Shown here one piece after another: positions 1 to 8,129 of a DNA stretch of 32,000 nt (position 1 is its first letter; each line of letters begins with the position of its first letter). The notes under the pieces were generated by a model, which saw nothing but the letters and a program-made list of their open reading frames with translations, was not told the origin of the DNA and did no database searches. The stretch lies in NCBI RefSeq assembly GCF_000148385.1, contig NC_014537.1, forward strand, positions 390,001-422,000, in the 5' to 3' direction. Source of the stretch: Vulcanisaeta distributa DSM 14429. GTDB lineage: Archaea; Thermoproteota; Thermoprotei; Thermoproteales; Thermocladiaceae. Made by a program: the position numbers and the translations under genes.

Positions 1-645
1 GATTACGTCTATGTACCTGTCGCCGTACCAATAACCTCATCCTCAGCATCAATAACATACTCACTGACATACCAATACGCCGGTGGATACCCAGGTAGTA
101 TTCAGGGCGCCATGACCCTCTCCGTGCTTAACCAACCATCAATACTAGTAACCGGTTACCAAGTGGCCCCAACGCCATTAACAATCGGCGAGACGGGCTC
201 CGTGTCGCTGAACTTCGTTAACACCGGTCCAGTGCCGGCCTACAACCTAAACATAACCGCAATACCAGGCCCTGGCATTAAGATTATTAGTCAATCAAGC
301 ACGTACATGGGCACACTAAACTCCCAGCAGTTGAGTGCCGTGGCCTTCAGCTTCAGCGTTACTAGGGTGATGAACACCACCATAACCTTCCAAATACAGT
401 ACACGGACCAATTCGGTCAACAGCACGTGCAGTATTACACGGTGCCGATAACCGTGGTTAGGAACGCAACATTGTTTATACAGTCATCCTCCCAGGTGGG
501 TCAGCAGGGCACAGTCATCAATTACTATAGGTTCCACAGGACTAACTACTTCACCTACGTAATAATTGCGTTGGCTGTGGTTGCCGTGGCCATAATAATC
601 ACCGTGGTTCTGCTTCTGCGTAGGAGGCATGGTGGTTCCACATGA
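1..645 (+). CDS. Beta-rich surface/secreted protein with a C-terminal TM anchor (COG1361/CARDB-like guess). The 5' end lies outside the window.
   Basis: Frame 1 is open from base 1 (DYVYVPVAVPITSSS...) into the listed ORF 112..645, so the gene is truncated by the window edge. The sequence is rich in Thr/Ser/Gln/Asn and carries N-x-S/T sequons (NIT, NTT, NAT). It ends in the hydrophobic helix YVIIALAVVAVAIIITVVLLL followed by RRRHGG. Its stop overlaps the next start (ATGA at 642-645). Confidence 0.6.
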   Translation, partial: DYVYVPVAVPITSSSASITYSLTYQYAGGYPGSIQGAMTLSVLNQPSILVTGYQVAPTPLTIGETGSVSLNFVNTGPVPAYNLNITAIPGPGIKIISQSSTYMGTLNSQQLSAVAFSFSVTRVMNTTITFQIQYTDQFGQQHVQYYTVPITVVRNATLFIQSSSQVGQQGTVINYYRFHRTNYFTYVIIALAVVAVAIIITVVLLLRRRHGGST

Positions 646-1886
646 GGGTTAGCGACTACTTTAAACTGGCGTGGAGTGCAGCGTGGGAGCGTAGGGGTAG
701 GACTATAGGCGCCATTGTCGGGATAATAATAGCCATAGTGGCCCTTGGACTAGCCATAGGCATGGGGCAGGGCTATAAGGTGTTGACCACAAGCTTCTTC
801 GAGAGGGTCTTCGGGACGAACACAGTGTTCCTATTCCCAGGGCAGAACTCACAGTTGACGCTTACTGACGTCTATGAGGTCATGAACATACCGCACGTGA
901 CCAACGCCATACCCATACTCTCCACGGTGGCCAGGGTGAATATTAATGGGCATGAGGTCACGGCCACGATAATAGGGGCCACGGAGCAGGAGATAATGCA
1001 GCTCTACGGAGTAACCTCACTTAGCAATGCCATACTGGCCGGCGCCCCGGTACTTTCGCCAGGACTTGCGTTGGTTGGTTATAATATTGCCTTCACAAGC
1101 ACTGGTCAGCAAATTGCATACCCTGGGCAGGTGATGGTTATAACAACGCCAGGTGGTTCCGAGATAACCTACACGGTAGGGGCCATAATGCAGCAAAGCG
1201 GTATTGGCGTCATTGGCTTAAACCCAAACAATGCAATATTTATTGATGAGAACACATTCCTCTCGCAATTTGACCCGTCGGGCACGGTTGATGGGATAAT
1301 AGTTTACGTGGATTCACCAAACAACATTAACTACGTCACGGATGAGCTAAAGGCGATGTTCCCAATGGATCAGGTATTAAACCTATCAACACTACTATCA
1401 AGCATTAACCAATTCTTCACGGTACTCGAGCTCTTCTTAGCCTTCATAGCCGGGATAAGCTTCGTAATAATTGGCATTTGGATGTTCGACACAATGATGC
1501 TCAATGTGATCCAGAGGACGAGGGAGTTCGGGATAATGAGGGCCGTGGGCTTCAGCGGAAGGTCAATACCACTACTCCTAATTATTGAGGCTGCGATAAT
1601 AGCCGTAATCGGCTCCGTGATCGGCACGGCACTACTCATGGCCATAGTCAGTGTCTTCCCAAGTCCATCATCGTTCATGGGACCAGCCTTTGGAGGACCT
1701 GGCAGGGTTGCTAGGGGTGCTGCGGCAGCCGCCGCGTCGCCATCAATAATGCTACCCATAGCCCTAACGCCTCTTGACTTCGCCGCAATATTCATACTAC
1801 CCATCGTTATAAACGTGATAGCCGCATTGGTACCGGCATTAAGGGCCATGAGAATACCACCAGCCCAGACCCTGCGCTATGAATGA
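642..1886 (+). CDS. ABC transporter permease, FtsX/MacB-like (type VII)
   Basis: An N-terminal TM helix follows the basic segment WERRGRTIGAIVGIIIAIVALGLAIG. A soluble extracytoplasmic domain of about 230 aa comes next. The C-terminal FtsX domain has the canonical loop IQRTREFGIMRAVGFSGRSI and three further TM helices. The gene is translationally coupled to the upstream gene. Confidence 0.8.
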   Translation: MRVSDYFKLAWSAAWERRGRTIGAIVGIIIAIVALGLAIGMGQGYKVLTTSFFERVFGTNTVFLFPGQNSQLTLTDVYEVMNIPHVTNAIPILSTVARVNINGHEVTATIIGATEQEIMQLYGVTSLSNAILAGAPVLSPGLALVGYNIAFTSTGQQIAYPGQVMVITTPGGSEITYTVGAIMQQSGIGVIGLNPNNAIFIDENTFLSQFDPSGTVDGIIVYVDSPNNINYVTDELKAMFPMDQVLNLSTLLSSINQFFTVLELFLAFIAGISFVIIGIWMFDTMMLNVIQRTREFGIMRAVGFSGRSIPLLLIIEAAIIAVIGSVIGTALLMAIVSVFPSPSSFMGPAFGGPGRVARGAAAAAASPSIMLPIALTPLDFAAIFILPIVINVIAALVPALRAMRIPPAQTLRYE

Positions 1887-1919
1887 GACAATGGCGGCAA
1901 TAGCCTCAAAGTTAATGCA

Positions 1920-3011
1920 TTATAACTTGAGTACGGCCCTTCTGAGTATTGGGTCCGCAATCACGTAATCCTCATCAACCTTCTCCACAATTCCGTGGTC
2001 AATCAACTCCCTGAGAAGCACGTACAGCGATTTATCATTTATCGGCCTACCCTCCGCAGTCTCGAGTGCCGCCTTGAGCTCCCTCCAACTTCTTCTAACG
2101 AACAACTCCCTAAGCAATGCCCTATACCTGGGGCTCCTATTGGTTAGGAAGTTCCTAAGTTCATTGAGCGCCAAGGCCATTGCGGATTCAAGGACCTCAT
2201 CAAGTGATTGCCTACCCTCAACCACGTATTTGTGACCAATGTATGTTAACCAACCAATCACGCCATCGAGCTCATTCACAATACGCATCAACAACTCATC
2301 ACTAACCTGAACCCCATACTGCTCAAAGCCCCTCCTCAGGAAATCCAGGGACTCATCAGGACTAAGTCTCCTGGTGCTCGCGAAGTGTATGTACCTACCG
2401 AATAATGGAGCCTCTGGGTCATTAACGCGTAGGAACCTATCCAGCACACCAACCTCAGAACCGGATATGAGGAATTTTACGTATTTCAGGTTATCGTAGG
2501 AATACGCAAGCAATGCATTGAAGTCTATCCAAGTCACCCTACTTAGTTCCTGGGCCTCGTCAATCGCGATGATTACGGGATTGCCCAACTCCGTGCCAAG
2601 GTCATTAATGGCATTGAGTAACTCGCCAATGCTTAGCCTACGGAATTCACCCAGTTTAATTTCCACATGTATTGGTGATGCCCCAATCCTAACCCACCTA
2701 ATCCTGGATAGAGCATCCCTAACCCTATCGATTATTGGCTTATTCCTGGCAAGGAAATCCTCAAGCCCATGCCTAATTAATTCAATGAGGTCTGCCTGCC
2801 TAGGCCTGCCCGTGAACCTCACGTCCAGGTAAATGTATGGGTAACCAATCTCATTAAGTGCAACCCTCATTAACGAGGTCTTACCAGTCCTCCTTAAACC
2901 CCTAACGACGATTATCCTATCATTAATAATGCCGTTAATCAAATTCCTCAACTCAGCCTCAAAGTCGTAAAGATCCTCCCTCCTACTCTTAGGCTCAAGA
3001 TCAAATAGCAT
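1920..3011 (-). CDS. Archaeal AAA+ ATPase (Arch_ATPase/COG1672 type with a C-terminal DUF234-like wHTH region)
   Basis: Walker A is RGLRRTGKTSLM and Walker B is VIIAIDEAQEL. The C-terminal third is helical. It is a paralog of the gene at 25272..26348; both begin MLFDL(E/H)PK. Confidence 0.85.
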   Translation of the reverse strand: MLFDLEPKSRREDLYDFEAELRNLINGIINDRIIVVRGLRRTGKTSLMRVALNEIGYPYIYLDVRFTGRPRQADLIELIRHGLEDFLARNKPIIDRVRDALSRIRWVRIGASPIHVEIKLGEFRRLSIGELLNAINDLGTELGNPVIIAIDEAQELSRVTWIDFNALLAYSYDNLKYVKFLISGSEVGVLDRFLRVNDPEAPLFGRYIHFASTRRLSPDESLDFLRRGFEQYGVQVSDELLMRIVNELDGVIGWLTYIGHKYVVEGRQSLDEVLESAMALALNELRNFLTNRSPRYRALLRELFVRRSWRELKAALETAEGRPINDKSLYVLLRELIDHGIVEKVDEDYVIADPILRRAVLKL

Positions 3012-3051
3012 ACACCAGTTACTTACCCTATAGGTAAGCTTATTAACCCAA

Positions 3052-3510
3052 CTACCTCCTCGGCCTCAGCACAGCACCAAGTATAGCCAATATCACGCCT
3101 ATAATACCAATTACTATGCCCATGAGTTCGAATGCACCACCAGTTCTTAGCCCGCTAATAATGTAGTACGTAACAGTTACGGGTATTGAATAATTATTTA
3201 TCAAATATAGGTTACCCTTACCGGATAATACGGCATAGGCAACAACGTAATAACCATTAACATATTTTTGACTCCATTGCCCAGGGGCTGTAACGTAAAT
3301 CTCTAGGGGCTTATTAATGGAGTCCATGTAACTCACCGTTAATATCCTATCCGGATTTGCAGTACCTAGTGTAATGTTCCCACCAGGGGGTAAAGTTGCC
3401 GTTGTGACCGTGATCTTCGCCTGAGTAAGAACCATATATACGCCAATGGCAAATACCAAAACGGCAATCACGATCAAAACCGCACCAGTTATTAACAAAC
3501 CCCTCCTCAT
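3052..3510 (-). CDS. Membrane protein of unknown function with N- and C-terminal TM helices
   Basis: The ORF is 152 aa. The TM helices are LLITGAVLIVIAVLVFAIGVYMVL and MGIVIGIIGVILAILGAVL, the latter followed by RPRR. A beta-type ectodomain of about 85 aa lies between them. I recognised no catalytic motif. Confidence 0.55.
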   Translation of the reverse strand: MRRGLLITGAVLIVIAVLVFAIGVYMVLTQAKITVTTATLPPGGNITLGTANPDRILTVSYMDSINKPLEIYVTAPGQWSQKYVNGYYVVAYAVLSGKGNLYLINNYSIPVTVTYYIISGLRTGGAFELMGIVIGIIGVILAILGAVLRPRR

Positions 3511-3588
3511 GATATTATATGTCTAAAACCAAAGTAATTAAGCATTACTTCCCCATACGGTAGCAATAAATAAGAAAAGCCATAATTT

Positions 3589-3638
3589 GGGCCTGGAGAG
3601 TCGCCGCAGTTCTATAATCACGGCGACTCTTCCTGCCC
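3589..3638. repeat. Intergenic inverted repeat (long hairpin)
   Basis: A perfect 10-bp stem pairs agagtcgccg (3597-3606) with cggcgactct (3621-3630) around the 14-nt loop cagttctataatca. It extends by G-C and G-U pairs (3595/3632, 3596/3631). After a 2x2 internal loop, gggc (3589-3592) pairs with gccc (3635-3638). Confidence 0.6.
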
Positions 3639-3736
3639 AAAGCATGGAAATACCTCATTATAAGGTAATGATTAGAATAAACATTAATTTAAGACGTTGC
3701 TTATTTTTAATATTGTGAATGTGAATCTGATTTAAT

Positions 3737-4075
3737 TTAGTTCTTTAATGGCGGTGGTGCCTGCCTTGGTATTATCATGTGTATTGTTACATTATCAAAT
3801 GGCCTAATCCCGTACTTCTCCCTGATTTCCTTGGGTATCGTGAACTGCCTACTGGCCGTATGCCTAGTCCTGAGAAGCTTAACGTTATCGACCTCTATTT
3901 TATATCCATTGTACTCCATGATCACGCTCACATACTTAACCTTATCAAGCCCCAATGACCTGACGAGATTTGCCGGCACCAATACTTGATTATTTATGTA
4001 CACCTTTATTGTATATGGCAATTCATTCACTGGTAAACCCTTCCTACCAACCTTAATCTCCTCTGTGAACGTCAT
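3737..4075 (-). CDS. AbrB/SpoVT-like DNA-binding protein with two swapped-hairpin half-domains in one chain
   Basis: The C-terminal half, SRQFTIPKEIREKYGIRPFDNVTIHMI, matches the SpoVT/AbrB signature. The N-terminal half, NQVLVPANLVRSLGLDKVKYVSVIMEY, is a second, weaker copy. A TATA-like tttaaaa on the minus strand (4100-4106) lies 25-31 nt upstream of the ATG. Confidence 0.65.
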   Translation of the reverse strand: MTFTEEIKVGRKGLPVNELPYTIKVYINNQVLVPANLVRSLGLDKVKYVSVIMEYNGYKIEVDNVKLLRTRHTASRQFTIPKEIREKYGIRPFDNVTIHMIIPRQAPPPLKN

Positions 4076-4113
4076 TAACCTTACCGTGCCCCAATGATCT
4101 TTTAAAGGCTTTT

Positions 4114-4186
4114 GTGGAACTGAATTGTGAAACTAACGTGAAACTCCGCGGAGCGCCTAGTTATCCTGTGTTTCGTGATTGAAACT
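4114..4186 (-). promoter_or_regulatory. Operator-like direct repeats GTG(G/A)AACT upstream of the AbrB-like gene
   Basis: On the plus strand, gtggaact (4114-4121), gtgaaact (4127-4134) and gtgaaact (4138-4145) are spaced 13 and 11 nt apart. A further copy, gtgattgaaact (4175-4186), sits inside the palindrome gtttc-gtgatt-gaaac (4170-4185). All lie just upstream of the TATA of the minus-strand gene. Confidence 0.45.
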
Positions 4187-4291
4187 TAATTAGTAATTGA
4201 AATTAAATCAAAAGACTAGGCATCAAAAGCATACCCCTTTTCTGCTCATACTATATACCATAGACTTAAAAATCGGTTTCACTAATTAAGT

Positions 4292-4350
4292 CATTGGTGA
4301 TGAGGCGGTTGGGTCATGAGTAGTGATTGGAATCGCATGGTCTGAAATAA
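4292..4350 (+). ncRNA. C/D-box sRNA candidate (2'-O-methylation guide)
   Basis: The layout is canonical: C box GTGATGA (4297-4303), 12-nt guide ggcggttgggtc, D' ATGA (4316-4319), 3-nt spacer, C' GTGATTG (4323-4329), 12-nt guide gaatcgcatggt, D box CTGA (4342-4345). TATA-like ttaaaaat (4266-4273) lies about 25-30 nt upstream of the C box. Confidence 0.6.
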
Positions 4351-4378
4351 CTTAATAATTTGCAGCTTCCCAGTAATT

Positions 4379-5623
4379 GTGTCCTTTAGGGAGGACATTG
4401 AGTTAATCAAAGGCTCAAGGAGTAATTTACTACGTGGCAAGAGGGTTGTACTCGCCCTAACGGGTGGTATCTCAATTTATAGGGTACCGGACATTGCCAG
4501 GGAATTGATTAGGCATGGGGCTGATGTGGTCACGTTCATGAGTAAGGAGGCGAGCAGATTACTTGGTCCAAGGGTCATGGAGTGGGCTACGGGGAATCCC
4601 GTTTATGTGGAGTTAAGTGGTTATGCCGAGCATGTGAATATCTGTACGACGGCCAATGCCGTAGTTATTGCACCGGCCACGGCAAATACGATTAGTAAGA
4701 TCGCTAATGGCATTGGCGATACCTCAGTGACTTTATGTGCAATGACAGCCCTCGGCTCAGGAGTACCATTACTACTTGTACCTGCAATGAACGAATCAAT
4801 GTGGAGAAACCCAATCATTAGGTCCAACATTGAGAAATTACGCAACCTGGGGGTTCATTTCGTGGAGCCCATTATTGAGGAGGGTAAGGCAAAGTTAGCT
4901 ACTAATCAGGAGGTCGTTGATTCAGTAATCGACCTATTATCGCCAAGGGATATGAATGGCCTATCCGTACTTATCACCTCAGGCCCAACGCACGAGTATA
5001 TCGATGCCACTAAATACATAACAACACCAAGTAGCGGCCTAACTGGTTATTACTTCGCCAGGGAGGCCATGGCCAGGGGCGCCAGGGTGACGTTGATTGA
5101 AGGCCCAGTGAGTATTAGTGATCCACCTGGTGCTGAGGTTTATAGGGTTAAGAGTGTCCTTGAGATGTACGATACTGCCATAAAGCTAGTTAGTAAGCGT
5201 CATTACGACCTGGCCATACTCACGGCAGCACCGCTTGACTTCTACGTTAAGGATAAGGTGAGTGGCAAACTAAGCAGTGACTTGGATAAGGTGGTTATTG
5301 AGCTGATCCAGGCGCCTAAGATTGCTAGGGACCTGAAAAGGTACTCACCAGGCACATTCTTAATAGCCTACAAGGCCGAGGTTGGGATCACTGAGGAGGA
5401 ATTAATTGCTAGGACATTAAAGAGGGCGAGTGAGGGTGATTGGGACCTGGCACTGGCTCACCTGGTTGGTGAAGGCAAGGGTTTTGGTACTGAGAAGGAT
5501 GAGGTTCTCGTTTTAAGCAAGAATGGGGTCATAAGGAGAATAGGTCCACTTCACAAGCGTGAATTGGCAAGGGAGGTGCTAGGTCTGTACCTATCCATGA
5601 GCAGGTCACGTGTCAAAAATTAG
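4379..5623 (+). CDS. coaBC: Bifunctional phosphopantothenoylcysteine decarboxylase / phosphopantothenate-cysteine ligase
   Basis: The gene has a GTG start. The N-terminal flavoprotein domain contains KRVVLALTGGISIYRVPDIARELIRHGADV. The C-terminal DFP/CoaB domain contains VLITSGPTHEYID...ITTPSSG. At 414 aa the length is typical of Dfp. Confidence 0.9.
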   Translation: MSFREDIELIKGSRSNLLRGKRVVLALTGGISIYRVPDIARELIRHGADVVTFMSKEASRLLGPRVMEWATGNPVYVELSGYAEHVNICTTANAVVIAPATANTISKIANGIGDTSVTLCAMTALGSGVPLLLVPAMNESMWRNPIIRSNIEKLRNLGVHFVEPIIEEGKAKLATNQEVVDSVIDLLSPRDMNGLSVLITSGPTHEYIDATKYITTPSSGLTGYYFAREAMARGARVTLIEGPVSISDPPGAEVYRVKSVLEMYDTAIKLVSKRHYDLAILTAAPLDFYVKDKVSGKLSSDLDKVVIELIQAPKIARDLKRYSPGTFLIAYKAEVGITEEELIARTLKRASEGDWDLALAHLVGEGKGFGTEKDEVLVLSKNGVIRRIGPLHKRELAREVLGLYLSMSRSRVKN

Positions 5624-5690
5624 CATTGTTAAATAGCCATATATATTACTAGGTAACACTTTAAATATGCCTTTAACCCGGTAATACGCT

Positions 5691-7019
5691 ATGAGTGGGC
5701 CAACTGTTCCTGAGCATGTTAGAAGGAGGGGCTTAATGCTCGCATCAATATCGACCTTCTTAGCGTGGGCTCTTGAGTATTACGACTTCCTAATCTACTT
5801 CTCATTGATACCATACATAAGCGAGTTATTCTTCCCAAAATCAAACCCATTGGCAGCACTCATATACACATTGCTTGTCTTCGCCGTTGGTTACTTCGCC
5901 AGGCCCCTTGGCGCAATATTCTTCGGCCACATAGGGGATAAGTATGGTAGGAGAAATGCCCTGCTTGGCGATGCCATTACAATGGCCGCGGCGACGGTAG
6001 TCATTGCATTACTGCCAACGTACTCACAAATAGGGATTTGGGCACCAACCCTACTCACCATATTCAGGTTTGTCCAGGGGTTTGGTTATGGCGGTGAGGC
6101 TGGCGGTGGTGTTGTGTGGGCCTTGGAATTTGCTTCACCAAAATGGCGCGGCTTGGTTAATGGCGTGCTTAATTCAAGCATGTCAGTCGCCTCCCTACTT
6201 GCAACGGGCCTATTACTACTTGTTAGTGCCTATTACCCAATAGGCGTAGTTGGTTGGAGGATATTGTTCCTAAGTGGCGCCGTTGTTGTTATCATCGGCT
6301 TAATCATAAGGTTCGCGGCCCCAGAGTCAATACTTTGGGAGAGGAAGAGGGAGGAGGGTAGGATTGTTAAGATTCCGTTGGCCACAGCCATTAGGAGGTA
6401 TTGGTTCAGCCTAATCCTAGTCATATTAATTAACCTCGGCTTAACCTTCGTATTCTATGCGGGTTACGGCTTCGTAACAACATTCACTAAGTTACTATCA
6501 AGTTACATGCCGGAGCTTCAGAGGGCTTTCATTAAGTTAACATACCTACCGCTCATGCTTGGTAGTATTGGTGGTATAATAGGCAATACATTTGGTGGTT
6601 ACTTAACTGACCTATTTGGTAGGAGGAGGATGCTTATAATACCGACAGCAATACTCCTAATCACAATATACCCACTTTACCTAGCCCTAACAACCCTCTC
6701 AATACCAATAATGGCCTTATCACTGGCCCTCATGTACTTCATATTCACCTTAAGCGCCACAGTGCAGACTGCTTACTTCTCCGAAATATTCCCAACAGAG
6801 GTCAGGTGGAGCGGGATTGGCTTTGGCTGGAACCTAAATGCAGCCATTGGTTCACTTGCACCGACCTTCGCATTACTACTATACACTAGCCTAAAGGGTG
6901 GTATGAACCCGATAACCGCGGCTGCACTGGCGCCGTCGATCGTCGTAATGATTGGTGCGGCAATGACAATAATAGGCGCATCAATAGGTCCCGAGACCGT
7001 TAGAAAGCAACTCGAATGA
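5691..7019 (+). CDS. MFS transporter (metabolite:H+ symporter type)
   Basis: About 12 TM helices are predicted. The loop 2-3 motif is GHIGDKYGRRNALL and a second copy, LTDLFGRRRML, sits in the C-terminal half. Confidence 0.9.
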   Translation: MSGPTVPEHVRRRGLMLASISTFLAWALEYYDFLIYFSLIPYISELFFPKSNPLAALIYTLLVFAVGYFARPLGAIFFGHIGDKYGRRNALLGDAITMAAATVVIALLPTYSQIGIWAPTLLTIFRFVQGFGYGGEAGGGVVWALEFASPKWRGLVNGVLNSSMSVASLLATGLLLLVSAYYPIGVVGWRILFLSGAVVVIIGLIIRFAAPESILWERKREEGRIVKIPLATAIRRYWFSLILVILINLGLTFVFYAGYGFVTTFTKLLSSYMPELQRAFIKLTYLPLMLGSIGGIIGNTFGGYLTDLFGRRRMLIIPTAILLITIYPLYLALTTLSIPIMALSLALMYFIFTLSATVQTAYFSEIFPTEVRWSGIGFGWNLNAAIGSLAPTFALLLYTSLKGGMNPITAAALAPSIVVMIGAAMTIIGASIGPETVRKQLE

Positions 7020-7039
7020 ACTTATAACGTAATAATATT

Positions 7040-7054
7040 AAAAATAAAAACAAA
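7040..7054 (-). terminator. Oligo-T tract downstream of etfA
   Basis: The minus strand reads TTTGTTTTTATTTTT, 17-31 nt after the etfA stop. Archaeal termination typically uses oligo-T runs. The tract lies in the 51-nt spacer between the convergent MFS and etfA genes. Confidence 0.45.
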
Positions 7055-7070
7055 TGCTATTATGTTACTT

Positions 7071-8129
7071 CTATTTCTTATAATTCTTTAACAGCTCTAT
7101 CAATTCCTTAACAACATCTCTATAATCACCAACTATTCCATAATCCGCGTACTGGAATATCGGTGCATTTGGATCGCTGTTTATCGCCACGATTATCTTA
7201 GACTCCTTCATGCCGAATACATGCTGAATGGCACCACTAACGCCAACGCCTATGTATAGGGTTGGCCTTATGGTCTTACCCGTCTGCCCAACCTGCCTAT
7301 CAGCAGCCAACCAGCCAGCATCCACAACCTTCTTAGTGCCGCCAATTGTACCGCCAAGCAGCTTAGCGAGTTCCGTGAGTAACTTAACACCGTCTGCACT
7401 ACCCACGCCACGCCCAGCCACAACTACGATGTCTGCCTTCTCAACCGGCGGTAATTCCTCACCCTTAACCACAGACTTAACCTCAATCAGTCCCTGCCCA
7501 TTAATGCTAGGTATTGAGTTAATGGTCTCCTCTATAATCTCACCCTTCCTACTCGTATCCCTAGGTGGTGTTGGGAATACGTTAGGCCTAACACTGGCTA
7601 GTTGCGGTCTCCTAGTTGGAGTCCTTATGTGTGCGAGTATGTTACCGCCGTATGTCGGTCTCACCTGGTCTAAGTCCCTCGTTTTTGGGTCCACGTCTAG
7701 TTCCGTGCAGTCAGCCGTGATTCCAGTCCTCAATGAGTTGGCAACATATGGTGCCAGTTCCCTGCCTCTCTTAGTCGCTGCGAATAGTATTATCTCGGGC
7801 TTATACTTATTGGCTAGTTGAACAATGACGTTGGCGTATATGTGCGGTACGTACTTAGCCAGGGCTGGGTGGTCAACATAAATCACCTTATCCGCACCAT
7901 AGTAAATAGGCTCCTTAACAGCGTCGCCAAGATTATAACCAAGCACCACGGCTGTCACATCAGTGCTAATCTTACCAGCCAACTCCCTAGCCTTACCAAT
8001 AAGTTGCAGACTTCCATCCTTAATTACGCCATTTACATACTCGACATACACCCAAATACCCCTATACTCATTCTTATTCACTGGATTCCACTCACTACAG
8101 ATCTTCTGCTGAGCCTGTGCCGCACTCAT
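7071..8129 (-). CDS. etfA: Electron transfer flavoprotein alpha subunit (EtfA/FixB)
   Basis: The C-terminal FAD-binding region contains VVAGRGVG...PTLYIGVGVSGAIQHVFGMKESKIIVAINSDPNAPIF. The start overlaps the etfB stop (8126-8129). Confidence 0.9.
   Translation of the reverse strand: MSAAQAQQKICSEWNPVNKNEYRGIWVYVEYVNGVIKDGSLQLIGKARELAGKISTDVTAVVLGYNLGDAVKEPIYYGADKVIYVDHPALAKYVPHIYANVIVQLANKYKPEIILFAATKRGRELAPYVANSLRTGITADCTELDVDPKTRDLDQVRPTYGGNILAHIRTPTRRPQLASVRPNVFPTPPRDTSRKGEIIEETINSIPSINGQGLIEVKSVVKGEELPPVEKADIVVVAGRGVGSADGVKLLTELAKLLGGTIGGTKKVVDAGWLAADRQVGQTGKTIRPTLYIGVGVSGAIQHVFGMKESKIIVAINSDPNAPIFQYADYGIVGDYRDVVKELIELLKNYKK

Noticed and set aside
3545-3658. A 37-codon minus-strand ORF (MRYFHALGRKSRRDYRTAATLQAQIMAFLIYCYRMGK) running through the hairpin.
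   Set aside because: It is very short, has no recognisable promoter spacing or SD, and its sequence is dictated by the palindrome. I treat it as incidental.
4114-4186. GAAAC-ending repeats that superficially resemble CRISPR repeat termini.
   Set aside because: The units are only 8 nt with an 11-13 nt period. There are no 30-45 nt spacers, no longer conserved repeat, and no cas genes in the window. A regulatory repeat is the better explanation.
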